DNA of 64,000 nt, counting the filler, from Reclinomonas americana ATCC 50394 (taxonomy: Eukaryota): NCBI GenBank assembly GCA_048213135.1. It is 8 parts of 5 records of this genome, joined end to end, with 100 filler letters (N's around TTAATTAATTAA, not from the genome) between each part and the next. Parts side by side here need not be neighbours in the genome. Positions count along the whole stretch, not along the records: positions 35,741 to 47,301 come from PS015696.1; positions 47,402 to 51,593 come from PS015697.1; 6 more parts are not named here. One strand, given 5' to 3'. How positions within the stretch are numbered: the stretch's first letter is position 1; each line of letters begins with the position of its first letter. The position numbers were made by a program, and so were the translations under genes. The notes below the pieces were generated by a model. The model saw nothing but the letters and a program-made list of their open reading frames with translations, searched no databases and was not told where the DNA came from. This document shows positions 40,433 through 50,772 of the stretch, piece by piece.

Positions 40433-41089
40433 TCATCCTCTCGCATCGGCGCGCTGCGCCGAGAGACGCGGAATGAACGCCGGAACTTCTCGCATATAGC
40501 GCGCATAGGCGTCGCCAAATTCGGCGAGAGATTCGCGTTCTTCGTGCTTGGAAAGTCGCCAATACATGAAGACCAGGACAGGGAACATCGCGAGCGTCAG
40601 CAGCGTCGGCCACTGCAGCAGAAAGCCGAACATAACAAGGACGAAGCCGACATATTGCGGATGCCGGATCCGCGCGTAGATGCCTGTCGTTGCCAGCTTG
40701 TGCTGCCGTTGCGCCTGATACAGCGGCTTCCATCCGGCGGAGATCAGGATGAAGCCGCCGCCGATAAAGACGAAGCTCAGGATATGGAAGGGACCAAAGT
40801 GGGGATTAGCGCGCCAGCCGAACAGCTCTTCGAGCAGGTGGCCGGCGTCATGCGAGAACCAGTCGACGCCGGGATAGCGCGACTGCAGCCAGCCGGAGAG
40901 CAGATAGATCGTCAGGGGAAAGCCGTACATCTCGGTGAAGAGCGCGATGATGAAGGCGCTGAAGGCGCCAAAGGAGCGCCAGTCCCGCGGCGTCGCCGGC
41001 TTGAAGAAGCTGAACGCGAAGAAAATGAAGACGATCGAGTTCAGAACAACGAGGGACCAGAGACCGTAGGCTGGAATACTGTCGTGCAT
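40433..41089 (-). CDS. isoprenylcysteine carboxyl methyltransferase (ICMT/PEMT) family membrane protein
   Basis: EMYGFPLTIY, GIYARIRHPQY and EE...FG..Y..Y...VPAFIP. Confidence 0.88.
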   Translation of the reverse strand: MHDSIPAYGLWSLVVLNSIVFIFFAFSFFKPATPRDWRSFGAFSAFIIALFTEMYGFPLTIYLLSGWLQSRYPGVDWFSHDAGHLLEELFGWRANPHFGPFHILSFVFIGGGFILISAGWKPLYQAQRQHKLATTGIYARIRHPQYVGFVLVMFGFLLQWPTLLTLAMFPVLVFMYWRLSKHEERESLAEFGDAYARYMREVPAFIPRLSAQRADARG

Positions 41090-41110
41090 CGGGGCGCTCC
41101 GCTGAGATCA

Positions 41111-41380
41111 TCAATGCTGGTGCGGGGATTGGCCAGGTGGCGACGCCGGGGTATTTTGGTCACCGCCATGCCCGCCGTGTTTGCCGTGCATGAACACATG
41201 CAGGAGCGGGCATGCAAGGATGAGAAGAAAGGGCAGCCAGCCCAGAAGATGCGCGCTATGTTCCGTGATCAGGTAGAATGCGGCGATCGCCAGAAAGCCG
41301 TAGAGTGCAATGTTCGCCGCGCTGAAGCGGCTCGGCCGCTGTGGCTCTTGGTTCAGGTGGTCGGTGTGTGGTTGCATCAC
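41111..41380 (-). CDS. DUF2933 membrane protein
   Basis: EHSAHLLGWLPFLLILACPLLHVFMHGKHGGH. Confidence 0.85.
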   Translation of the reverse strand: MMQPHTDHLNQEPQRPSRFSAANIALYGFLAIAAFYLITEHSAHLLGWLPFLLILACPLLHVFMHGKHGGHGGDQNTPASPPGQSPHQH

Positions 41381-41578
41381 GGCCTCGCCGGGTTAGTGAC
41401 CTTGCCAAATGACGATGGGCATAGTCCTTCCCGAGGAAACGAAGGGCCGCTGCCGTGAGCGGTTTGGCAAATCGCGCGTCTGCTCACCTGCGAACGTTTG
41501 AGCGCCTCCAGCGAGCCAGTCTTTAATCTCGGTTAAAGCGGCGACGCCGGCGCGCGGAAGCCGCAGGCGGCGGCCGGC

Positions 41579-42049
41579 CTAATGTCTGTCGGTCCGTCGG
41601 GACCGGCGCGGTTTCAAGGCTGTGCTCGTCGTTGCGTATCGAAGCCCCCTCGCGCCACGAGAAGGTGCGGCGGCCGGCGAGGCTTCATCCCCCCGAACCG
41701 AAGAGACCGATGGCAAGGCACTGAATTCGCGCACCAGGCTTGCCACCGATCGCGCGCACGAACCAACGCGGATGTCGATGCCGGACGCGGCGAGGCGCTC
41801 CCGCTCGGCGCTGCCGATAAACCCGCAGACGAGCCTGGTGGCTCCGCTTGAGAGGATGAGCTCACAGGTGGATTCGCTGGTTCGCTCACGATTCGGTCGA
41901 AATTCTCGAACCGGCGAGAGCGGGTCGATCAGGAGCAGGCCATCGCATTTGGCGAAGAACGGGCACAGGAGGGTTCTCTGCCGGCTGCGCGAGACGAGCA
42001 GCGCGACCCATCGCGTTCGTTCTGCCGGTGTCGGGTCTATCGTGGGCAT
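41579..42049 (-). CDS. NifX/NifB-like (FeMo-co binding fold) small protein
   Basis: LCPFFAKCDGLLLID...LVCGFIG...LAASGIDI pattern. Confidence 0.5.
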   Translation of the reverse strand: MPTIDPTPAERTRWVALLVSRSRQRTLLCPFFAKCDGLLLIDPLSPVREFRPNRERTSESTCELILSSGATRLVCGFIGSAERERLAASGIDIRVGSCARSVASLVREFSALPSVSSVRGDEASPAAAPSRGARGLRYATTSTALKPRRSRRTDRH

Positions 42050-42207
42050 TTCCGATCCGCAGGACACGTCCTAGAGCATTTAGAGACCATGGCAGGGGCA
42101 TTTGCACTTTAATCTCGATCAAACATCGATCGGACAGCGACCAACGCCATGAAAGGGCACGGGATTTCAAGGGGCAAGGCTGTTCCGTGGCCGATAGGCT
42201 CGCGTGA

Positions 42208-42221
42208 TTGATCTGAATCAA
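42208..42221. promoter_or_regulatory. FNR/FixK box
   Basis: Perfect TTGAT-CTGA-ATCAA in a divergent intergenic region; a second near-match TTAAT-CTCG-ATCAA lies at 42109-42122. Confidence 0.75.
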
Positions 42222-42349
42222 GACGCGTTGTCCTGGAATGTGATGGAGATTAGCCGTCGGCTTCTTACAACGGCGCGAGAGGGATACGGTTCATCCTGCG
42301 CGCGCGGTTGCGGCGCGGCCGCCAACGGAAAGCCTGTAGGGGCGAGCGA

Positions 42350-42694
42350 ATGCTCAGGATCCTGGCCTTGCTGATGTTCTGCACGCTGTCCTTGCTTGCG
42401 CAAGGCGCGTCGGCGCAGGCTCATGCGGGTCATGCCGGCCAGGTCAGGCCGCAGAGCAACGCCAGCGTATCGGCGGTACTCGTTTCCGCACCGCAGAAGA
42501 GTGATTGCCTGCTCCATGATGGGCGCTGCTGCAAGAGCATGTGCGCCATGTGTTATCTGCCGATGCCACCCCAGGATCAAGATGTCCTGACCATTCGGCT
42601 GGAATCCTCCGCGTTGCTGCCTTCGCCCGAGGATCGTGCACGGCTCGTCCTGCTCGGAAGCGATCCTCCCGTCCCGCGCTTTTGCGACCTCTAG
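42350..42694 (+). CDS. exported Cys/His-rich metal-binding hypothetical protein
   Basis: Signal peptide, HAGH, CLLHDGRCCKSMCAMC and C-terminal PPVPR. Confidence 0.6.
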   Translation: MLRILALLMFCTLSLLAQGASAQAHAGHAGQVRPQSNASVSAVLVSAPQKSDCLLHDGRCCKSMCAMCYLPMPPQDQDVLTIRLESSALLPSPEDRARLVLLGSDPPVPRFCDL

Positions 42695-42865
42695 GGCTTT
42701 CTGGCCATCCTGTACCCCTGCTTCGTTGGGGGCATGGCTGAGTTCGGCTGCGCCCGACTGAGTGACCTGGCACGCGCCAACGGTCATCAGCGACATTTTT
42801 GCCAAAGAATTTGTTGGGCTGCGTGAGCAGCTGCCGGAACGGGCTTCGCGCCCGGGAGGTGTAAT

Positions 42866-44155
42866 GTGAGCTTGGATCGAGCGTCTTTAACAGAAGAGAC
42901 AGCCCGGTCGCTCCGCCGCGACCATTGGGGAACCGTCGAGCGCGAGCGGAATGGACTGGTGTTACGTGAATTGTCGTTGGCTGACGCGAGCCGCCGAAAC
43001 TGCGCGCGGGGCGATGAGTTGATACGGCGCCGCGGGCNNNNNNNNNNNNNNNNNNNNNNNNNNNNNNNNNNNNNNNNNNNNNNNNNNNNNNNNNNNNNNN
43101 NNNNNNNNNNNNNNNNNNNNNNNNNNNNNNNNNNNNNNNNNNNNNNNNNNNNNNNNNNNNNNNNNNNNNNNNNNNNNNNNNNNNNNNNNNNNNNNNNNNN
43201 NNNNNNNNNNNNNNNNNNNNNNNNNNNNNNNNNNNNNNNNNNNNNNNNNNNNNNNNNNNNNNNNNNNNNNNNNNNNNNNNNNNNNNNNNNNNNNNNNNNN
43301 NNNNNNNNNNNNNNNNNNNNNNNNNNNNNNNNNNNNNNNNNNNNNNNNNNNNNNNNNNNNNNNNNNNNNNNNNNNNNNNNNNNNNNNNNNNNNGAGTTGA
43401 TACGGCGCCGCGGGCGCCAGGAGGCGCAGGACGGCGCGCCGGCAAGCGCGCCGGCCGGTGGAGCTTTGCCGACCGAGCAGAATCGTCTGCTTCCCGGCTA
43501 TCACACGGGCGATCGCAAAATCGAAGCCGGCCGCGACCTGTTCAGCATAGGGGGGACAGTCAAATCGGTTTTCAATCTGCTCGATGGCTGGGTGGCCGTG
43601 TATACGCTGTTGGAGGATGGGCGGCGGCAAATCGTTCAGTTCGCGCTGCCGGGCGCGATCCTGGGGATTTTGCCGTCAAGACGAGGGCCCGCGACGATCG
43701 GCGCGCAGGCCTTAACGGATGTGACCGTAGCCGTCATCCCTGTCCCTGTCCTGACCGCCCATACCCGCACAGAACCGGAGATCTGCCAGCGGCTGGTGCG
43801 GTCGCTGGCAAGCGATTGCAGCCTCGCCTTCGATCATCTGACGAGCATCGGACGGCGCTCGGCCCGCGAGCGGGTTGCGCACCTGCTCCTCGAGCTGTTC
43901 ACGCGCTACCGCGCACAGTGGCCGGGCAATCATATCGAGGAGATGACGCTCCCGCTGACGCAGGAACAGATCGGTGATGCAACCGGGCTCACGTTCGTCC
44001 ACGTCAACCGCGTGCTCAGCGCGATGCGCAAGGAAGGTATTGTTCAATTCCACTATCGTCGATTGCGAATATTGAACCCGGATCGACTTATCGAGGTCGC
44101 CGGCGTGGACCCCGAAACGGCGACGGGCTGGCTCGAGCGCCGACCGTGGACGTAG
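42866..44155 (+). CDS. Crp/Fnr family regulator (N gap is probably a false gap; start uncertain)
   Basis: DGRRQIVQFALPG, IGRRSARERVAHLL and LTQEQIGDATGLTFVHVNRVL. Confidence 0.88.
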   Translation: MSLDRASLTEETARSLRRDHWGTVERERNGLVLRELSLADASRRNCARGDELIRRRGXXXXXXXXXXXXXXXXXXXXXXXXXXXXXXXXXXXXXXXXXXXXXXXXXXXXXXXXXXXXXXXXXXXXXXXXXXXXXXXXXXXXXXXXXXXXXXXXXXXXXXXXXXXXXXXXXXXXXXXELIRRRGRQEAQDGAPASAPAGGALPTEQNRLLPGYHTGDRKIEAGRDLFSIGGTVKSVFNLLDGWVAVYTLLEDGRRQIVQFALPGAILGILPSRRGPATIGAQALTDVTVAVIPVPVLTAHTRTEPEICQRLVRSLASDCSLAFDHLTSIGRRSARERVAHLLLELFTRYRAQWPGNHIEEMTLPLTQEQIGDATGLTFVHVNRVLSAMRKEGIVQFHYRRLRILNPDRLIEVAGVDPETATGWLERRPWT

Positions 44156-44500
44156 GTTCGACTGAGTTGAGCATCGGCCTCCAGCCGAGGTCGCAGAGCG
44201 TGCGCCGCCGGCTGCAGCCGTTCGCTCCGGACCATGGTTCTGGCGGTCAGGCTGATGATCGGTCTCCTCACCAGGCTCCAGGAAACTACGGCCCACGCCG
44301 GCAATGCGCAAAACAACGAAGCCATCGAAGGCGCTTGGCCGAGCGCACCAACTAAAGGGCCTGGGGTCGTTGATGCTTAATCGAGATTAAAGATGCCGCA
44401 TCTTGACATGGCTAGCTTGATGAATGGCGAAGCGAATGCGCACGAAGCGCAATCAGCAGCAACGCCTCTATCGTCATGCCTTGGAGCAGGAGTCATCGCG

Positions 44501-44734
44501 ATGAAATCTGTCGGCGAGACCAAATCCCCCGCGCATGCGGCATCGACTTCCGCCTCTTGTTGCGGAGATCACAGGAGACCGGAAGGCGGGACAGCCCATG
44601 CCCACGGCAAATGCGCGTCTCATGAAGGCGACGCCGAACCTGCCGCAACGGCAGGATCCGCTGGTGATCAGGGTGGCTCAGCCTCCAGTGCGCGCGCTCA
44701 CCCGAAAAGATCGAGCTGCTGCGGCAGGGGTTGA
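44501..44734 (+). CDS. small Cys/His-rich protein
   Basis: GGAG RBS; SCCGDH, HAHGKC and terminal SCCGRG. Confidence 0.55.
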   Translation: MKSVGETKSPAHAASTSASCCGDHRRPEGGTAHAHGKCASHEGDAEPAATAGSAGDQGGSASSARAHPKRSSCCGRG

Positions 44735-44912
44735 TATTGCCTAGCCGCGTAACGCGGACAGCGCGCCGTATGCGGTCCGGGCGATCTCGATTCCGTCACC
44801 CGTTTGGCGGAGACCACTTCCCGGAATGAACCTTAGGCCTGTAATCCTTTCAGGCCTAATCGAGCGCCTGCAACGGCGGAATGCATGACAGACTAGATGG
44901 CAGGATTCGTAA

Positions 44913-45683
44913 ATGGGCAAGAAGGAAAAGCGAGACGCCGCGAGCAAAGCACTTCGCGAGCTCCAGGTTGACCTGTCGCGGCTCCAAAAGCATGTCATTA
45001 AATCCGGTAAGAAGGTTCTGGTGCTCTTTGAAGGACGAGACGCCTCCGGCAAGGACGGAACGATAAAGCGGATCGTCGAGCATCTCAGCCCACGCGACAC
45101 GCGTGTTGTCGCCTTGGGCAAGCCGTCTGACAGAGATCAGAGATCCTGGTATTTTCAACGTTGGGTTCCGAACCTCCCTGCCGGCGGAGAGATCGTGCTG
45201 TTCAATCGCAGCTGGTACAACCGTGCCGGGGTCGAGCGGGTTATGGGCTTCTGCAGCGACGAGGACTATGAAGAATTCCTGACGACCGCACCACTCTTCG
45301 AGCAGTTGCTCGCCCATTGCGGCGTCACCATTGTCAAATACTATTTGGATATCTCGCGGAGTGAACAGAAACGTCGGCTGAAAGAGCGACGAGATGACCC
45401 ACTGAAGCAGTGGAAGCTCAGTCCCATCGACGACGCTGCGACAAAGCACTGGGATGATTATAGTACAGCCCGCAATGAAATGCTGGCCCGAACGCATACG
45501 CCCTTCGCGCCATGGACTATGGTCCGCGCAGACGACAAATCGGAGGCTCGCCTTAACGTCATCCGCGATCTTCTGACGCGTTTCGAATTCGGCGGAAAGG
45601 ATCGCGCGCGCGACCTCCCCGACCCGAATGTCGTATTTCCCTATGACAAAGCGGCGCTGACGAACGGCCAGATCGCGACGTGA
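44913..45683 (+). CDS. ppk2: polyphosphate kinase 2
   Basis: FEGRDASGKDG, WYFQRW, FNRSWYNR and WKLSPID. Confidence 0.95.
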   Translation: MGKKEKRDAASKALRELQVDLSRLQKHVIKSGKKVLVLFEGRDASGKDGTIKRIVEHLSPRDTRVVALGKPSDRDQRSWYFQRWVPNLPAGGEIVLFNRSWYNRAGVERVMGFCSDEDYEEFLTTAPLFEQLLAHCGVTIVKYYLDISRSEQKRRLKERRDDPLKQWKLSPIDDAATKHWDDYSTARNEMLARTHTPFAPWTMVRADDKSEARLNVIRDLLTRFEFGGKDRARDLPDPNVVFPYDKAALTNGQIAT

Positions 45684-45767
45684 TCACGTCGTGTGGGTCG
45701 CCCTCGAAAACAGAGTAAACCGACAGCGCATGAACACGCAGGTTACCACCCCAAGGACGCTCCGATA

Positions 45768-45989
45768 ATGGACCACTCGTATATGATGCTCGGCTACTGG
45801 TCATCTTGGCACTGGGTCGCGTTCGTTGTGTTTGCAGCCTTGGTGCTTTACCCAATTGGGCGCATTCTCGCTCGGATTGGATACTCACCATTCTGGTCGG
45901 TTCTTGCATTCGTGCCGCTGGCCAATCTGCTCGGCCTCTGGATCGTCGCGCTGGGAGAGTGGCCGCGACAAAGGTCTCGTTCCTCATGA
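45768..45989 (+). CDS. small membrane protein
   Basis: AAGGA RBS; WHW, RILARIGYSPFW and VPLANL. Confidence 0.65.
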   Translation: MDHSYMMLGYWSSWHWVAFVVFAALVLYPIGRILARIGYSPFWSVLAFVPLANLLGLWIVALGEWPRQRSRSS

Positions 45990-46161
45990 CGCGAGCGCTG
46001 CGTCCCTCGACGGCCCGCTTGAGAACGACGATTTAGGTCGCCGGCGACCTACTTGGCTCTCAATTAGAATTCGGTGCGTGAGCGATCCTGATTGCGCCAG
46101 ATCAGACACACAGCCGGCGGTCGGTATGGGTGTAGCCATGAAGTATCGGCGAGGCCCCAAG

Positions 46162-46818
46162 TTATGGGGTGGTCTTGGCCTTGGCATCGGCCACCGCTTT
46201 GCGCGTTTGTTCGGCTTTTTCGCAATGGCAATCCAAGAAGCCATGCACCGGACACGTCCGGCACATCTCTTCGAGACGTTTGCGCAACGCCTGCCGGCCG
46301 CGATGCAATCGCACGGTCAGATTGTTCAACGACGTCCCCAAACTCTCCGCCAAACGGTTCCGCGGTTCTCCGAGAATATCGGCGCGCCAGATGATGTCGG
46401 CGTATTCTGCTTTCAGCGTCGGCAATAGGCGATAAAGACAGTTGCAGATCGCCGCGTCGAGCTCCTCATCGACGGGGTGGTTCTCGACCTCGGCCTGATC
46501 GACTACGATCTCGCGGCGGCGGCGGCGTGCCGCCTCTCGTTGGTAGTCGACGATCGTTGTCGCGAGGATGCGGCCCAACCAGCCGCGCACCATTCGAACA
46601 TCGTGGAGCTGAGATGCGCGTTCCAGTGCGCGCAGTGAGAAGCGCTGCAAGACCTCATCTGCCGCGTCGCGATCGCCGAGGCGCCGCTGGAGGAACTGAA
46701 GGATTTGCTTTTGGGCTTCGACCAGAGCGCTCTGCACGGCGCGGTCGTGAGGCTTTGCAGCTTCATGATCCTCGACGCCGCGGGGCGCTGGCACGTCGTC
46801 TTGGTGGCTGTTTGACAC
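46162..46818 (-). CDS. ECF sigma factor, CorE-like with Cys-rich tail
   Basis: Region 2 ADEVLQ...WL...IVDYQR, linker CNC, region 4 VRLHRGRQALRKRL, and tail CRTCPVHGFLDCHC. Confidence 0.82.
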   Translation of the reverse strand: MSNSHQDDVPAPRGVEDHEAAKPHDRAVQSALVEAQKQILQFLQRRLGDRDAADEVLQRFSLRALERASQLHDVRMVRGWLGRILATTIVDYQREAARRRRREIVVDQAEVENHPVDEELDAAICNCLYRLLPTLKAEYADIIWRADILGEPRNRLAESLGTSLNNLTVRLHRGRQALRKRLEEMCRTCPVHGFLDCHCEKAEQTRKAVADAKAKTTP

Positions 46819-46891
46819 AACGCTCCACAATCCTTGACCCGAAGATGCGCGAGGCTCGCTGGTCAGACTGACAGGAGAAGGCGCCAGGTCT

Positions 46892-47301
46892 TTAACCCAG
46901 ATCAAGATCTTCTCCTGAACTCGCTCGGCAGTCTCGCTGCCTCCGGCTCCTTTCGCAATGCTTCGGGATTTGGGCCTCGAGTTCATTGATCTGCTTGGCA
47001 AGGGCGATGAGCTGATCCGCAAGAATGCTCAAGGCAGCTCGAACCATATCTGGCAGCGGCGTCGTCGAATTGGAGATCCGCTCGACGAGCGACCCAACAT
47101 GCTGAGGGCCGGCCGCCGCGATCACCCCGAACTCCGCCATGTGGCTCCGGATCGCGTTGATCAGCAAAACACGCTGACGCGATAGTAGCTCATGCGTGCG
47201 ATGCACGACCCGCGCGGCCTGCTGCGCGAGCGTCTTGATGGGAGCAGCTCGAACCGCCGGTCGCGTCACGGCTTCGCAAATGGCCGCTGCGTCGGCAGCA
47301 T
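46892..47301 (-). mobile_element. IS110-family transposase fragment
   Basis: DAADAAAICEAVTRP, HR..L.RQR...INAIRSHMAEFG; the C-terminal domain is missing. Confidence 0.82.
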
Positions 47302-48360
47302 NNNNNNNNNNNNNNNNNNNNNNNNNNNNNNNNNNNNNNNNNNNNTTAATTAATTAANNNNNNNNNNNNNNNNNNNNNNNNNNNNNNNNNNNNNNNNNNN
47401 NCCTTCCCCTTCCCCCCTCTCCTTTCCCTCTCCACTCCCCCCCATCCCCCTTTCCTTCCCCTTCTCCATCTCCCTCATTTCCCTTTTCCTTTCTCCCCTT
47501 GCTTGTACGACAGGCGCCACTGGAGCCTCCGCCGCCGCCGGTCGTGGTGGACGCGCAAGGTACGACAGCGACGAGGAGCCCGACATTAGCGACGAGGACG
47601 AATAATGCGAATCAGAGTCGACAGGTGCGCAGCTTCGCGTTTTTAAACAAATGAAGGAAAACGTTGTGTGTGAAAGCCCGCGGGCGAGGACTTTTGTTTT
47701 TGACCCTCTGCTCTTGACCCTTTGCCTTTTGATTCGTGTCCTCTCCCTCTCAGGACAGAGTCGTCAACTGGCGTTGGTGCGTGGATGCAGCAACCGGACG
47801 ACACGCAAGGAAAGAAGAGGGAAAGGGAAGAGGGAGAGGGCGAGGACGACGGAGCACCGCCCGTGAAGCGCGCGAACCAAGGCACAGTGGAAGAGGAAGG
47901 TGAGCTGGGCTCTCTTTCTTGATCGTCGCCCTCTTTTTTTTCTGAACGTTTGCCTTGATGAACAGGTTGCAGCTGTGTTCCACAGTCACTGCGCACCGTC
48001 AGTACGTGGCTGGGCGACGACGTGATTGTGCACTCTGATTACGTCCATCGTTTTGTCGGGTTTCTTGTGTAAAATCAGTCGTCACATGTCACTTTCTCAC
48101 TCGCAGCAGCACCTCGCAGTGGGCGTGGGCGTGGGCCAGAAGGAAATCGCCGAGGCACATGAAATCCTGTCATTCAACGCAAACACGACTCTCCGCGCCG
48201 CTGGCATTGTGCTTGACCACACGGCCTTCCCCGCGGATGGGCAGTGGGACATTGACGGGTGCGAGGTGCTGCGGCCGTACGCGCAGTTGTTTGGAGAAAA
48301 GTGCGTGGTTGTATTCGTTTTCGATGTCGTCAACTCGTGAACTATCATCGTCTTTGCCCT

Positions 48361-48396
<36 letters not shown>

Positions 48397-48820
48397 ATTG
48401 ACTCTGTTGTCCACTTACGTTGTCAGTCTCTCGACTCCCCTCAAGTTTCCTCTTCCTCCTTTGCTTGTGTTGTTTGTTCTTTTGCTTTGCTCCTTCTTCC
48501 TTCCGCTTTTCCGGACACTGCCTTCACCCCCGATCCCAACATCTATATGTGAATTGACTTGCTCTCTCAGTCTCTCTCTCTTTCAGTCTCTCTCTCTCTC
48601 AGTTTCTCTCTCTCAGTCTCTCTCTCTCTCTCTCTCTCTGATTCAACGTATTCCTTTCCGCGCACTTGTGTGTCTCATCGCTTGTGCTGACTGCACGACG
48701 TCAATCACAACCCGATGTGAGAGCAGAAAATTACCACCGCATGGCGACTCAGTGCGCTGGTATGTTGCTTGCTGTGGTAAGTTCATCATTACTCTCTCCC
48801 ATTGTGCATACTCGATCCAG

Positions 48821-50772
48821 GGGAGTAGCTTCGACACTGTGGACGCTACCATTTCCGCCCGAGCCAGACAGCAGTGTGTGGCCTCTGTCCGCGATCCTAC
48901 CACTTGTCAATTTTCACAAGTGGTGCCCAAGTGGCTTGATGCATCGATTTTCGAGGGTTCCGAACGATGTCTCCGGGATTCTGTTGCGGATCATGTCGCT
49001 CGGGCCGATCGAGCAGCTCATCGGTGTGGTGTGTGTGCCGTTGTTTCTTGTGCTGTGATCTCGTAACCGACGATGCCATTCCTAGCGCAATGCGAACCTT
49101 TTTATGTTTCGATGACCAGCAACTTAGAAGTCGCGGGGTTCCCGGCTGGCCGCACGTGCCCCAGACCGGATCTTGACGTCCGTTTTGCTGCCGAAGAATG
49201 CTCGGTTTTGCTTGGCGAGGTGAAGCCGGGTAACGGGGGGCCAGCGAAGAGTCAGGAGGATATGTTCGTTCTGCTACTGCAAATGGCTTGCAGCTTGTGC
49301 CTGCGTCTGCAATGGGTTGACCGCAGCAAGTTGGAACAACATCGGATTTACGGATGGCATCAGACCGGAACCAAAGTTGTCTTCCTTCACATGAGAGCCA
49401 CACCGGAAACGATCCGTGGCAAGGTTTTGTGTGTGCCGATGCCTGTTGCTTGCATAATATTTCAATTCTCAATGGCCTGCCGCCTTGCTTCCTGGCATGG
49501 CAGCCGGCGCTGCTGTTTCGGTACCAGAAGATGCGACTGAAAGATTTCACATTGCCTTCTTATATGCGGTGGCCTGTTGTGCGCGGTGTATTGCTGGCGT
49601 TGTTCGAGATCACCAGAGACGTAGACTCAGAGCCGGAAGCGCCTCTGCCGAGCACAGCTCTCATGAAGCTATTGCAACATTTGTCCAAACACAAGGTGTG
49701 TTGCATGCGCAATGATTGTACATTCTCGTCACTCCAGCTCATTTTGTTAACATGTCCATGCTTCTCGCCTGTCGGTCAGCCTGGGGGCAGTCGCCAGGCC
49801 ATTGATAAAACCACCGGCTCTGCAGCTGGATCCGCAGCAGCAGGAGGCGACGGTGGTCGAGGTGGTCGAGTCTCCGTAGCTGGATCGGCAATGTGCAAGA
49901 CCGTCGACTTTGACATTCATACGGCACGCCTTGTGAATGGCCTGCCCGTGGAACTGGCTGTCCTCATGGTCTGCGCGATGGCTGATGTGTGGAGTACTTG
50001 CTTGGTTCTCACTGGCGATTGTGATTAGCTGCGTCTGCCCAACACGGTTCCACTGCTGAAGTATGTGATCGATCCAGACGGCGGGACGTACGAGTACACC
50101 ATGCCTCGACTGCAACCATGTGAGCCGCAGTCTGTCGACGAGGCGCTTGCAGTCACGCGTGATGTGTGTGTGGCGCTCGCCGCCATGCATCGAGCCGGAT
50201 TCATCCACTGCGACGTGAAGCCGTCGAATGTGATGATGGACGAGAGTGGGCGTGCAGTGCTGATTGACTTTGATCATGCGCATGTTGTGGAAGGCGGCGG
50301 GGGAGGGCAGCCGCAGCGCATGAGTGCGGAACGCACCGGAACTGTGGGTTTTCAGGTGTGTGTTCTTTTTTTCTGCAGCACTGCTGCTTCTTTAGCGGTG
50401 TCATGACGCATGCGCTTGCAGGCACCGGAGATTGTGGTGAGCGGTTGCGGTGATGAGCGAGTGGACACGTGGAGCCTCGGTTTCACTCTCGGAGCCTGGC
50501 TCGCACGCGTGGCTTCCAGTCGATGTTCAGCACTGTCAAAGTGGCGCAATGGCATCCAGGAGGAGGCGTATCACGCTGGTGGCGGCAACTTGGAGACCAC
50601 TGTGCGTTGCCTGATCAGCGATGTTCGTGATTGCTTTGGCGACGACTGTGGAGCTGTGGAATTGCTGGAGACGATGGTGGCTGTGGCGGCACCGCAGCGC
50701 AAGACGTGCGCGCAGCTGCTGGAGAGTTATAGCGTGTTGGCTGCTGGCATTCCAGATCCGGAGAAGCAGTGA
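48821..50772 (+). CDS. spliced gene: REase-like (PD-(D/E)XK) domain plus Ser/Thr protein kinase; 5' end uncertain
   Basis: RPDLDV...LLGEVKP exon; kinase motifs IHCDVKPSN, LIDFD, GTVGFQ|APE split by an intron, and DTWSLG. Confidence 0.72.

Noticed and set aside
39002..41458. Long plus-strand ORFs of 349 and 351 aa
   Set aside because: They are antisense shadows of cfa, ICMT and DUF2933 in GC-rich DNA, with no motifs.
43016..43415. Insertion or large extra domain in the Crp/Fnr gene
   Set aside because: The same 22-mer GAGTTGATACGGCGCCGCGGGC flanks the gap, which indicates overlapping contig ends.
1..47301. Horizontal transfer of bacterial DNA into the eukaryote
   Set aside because: The only junction is an artificial spacer, and the bacterial genes keep operons, RBSs and no introns.
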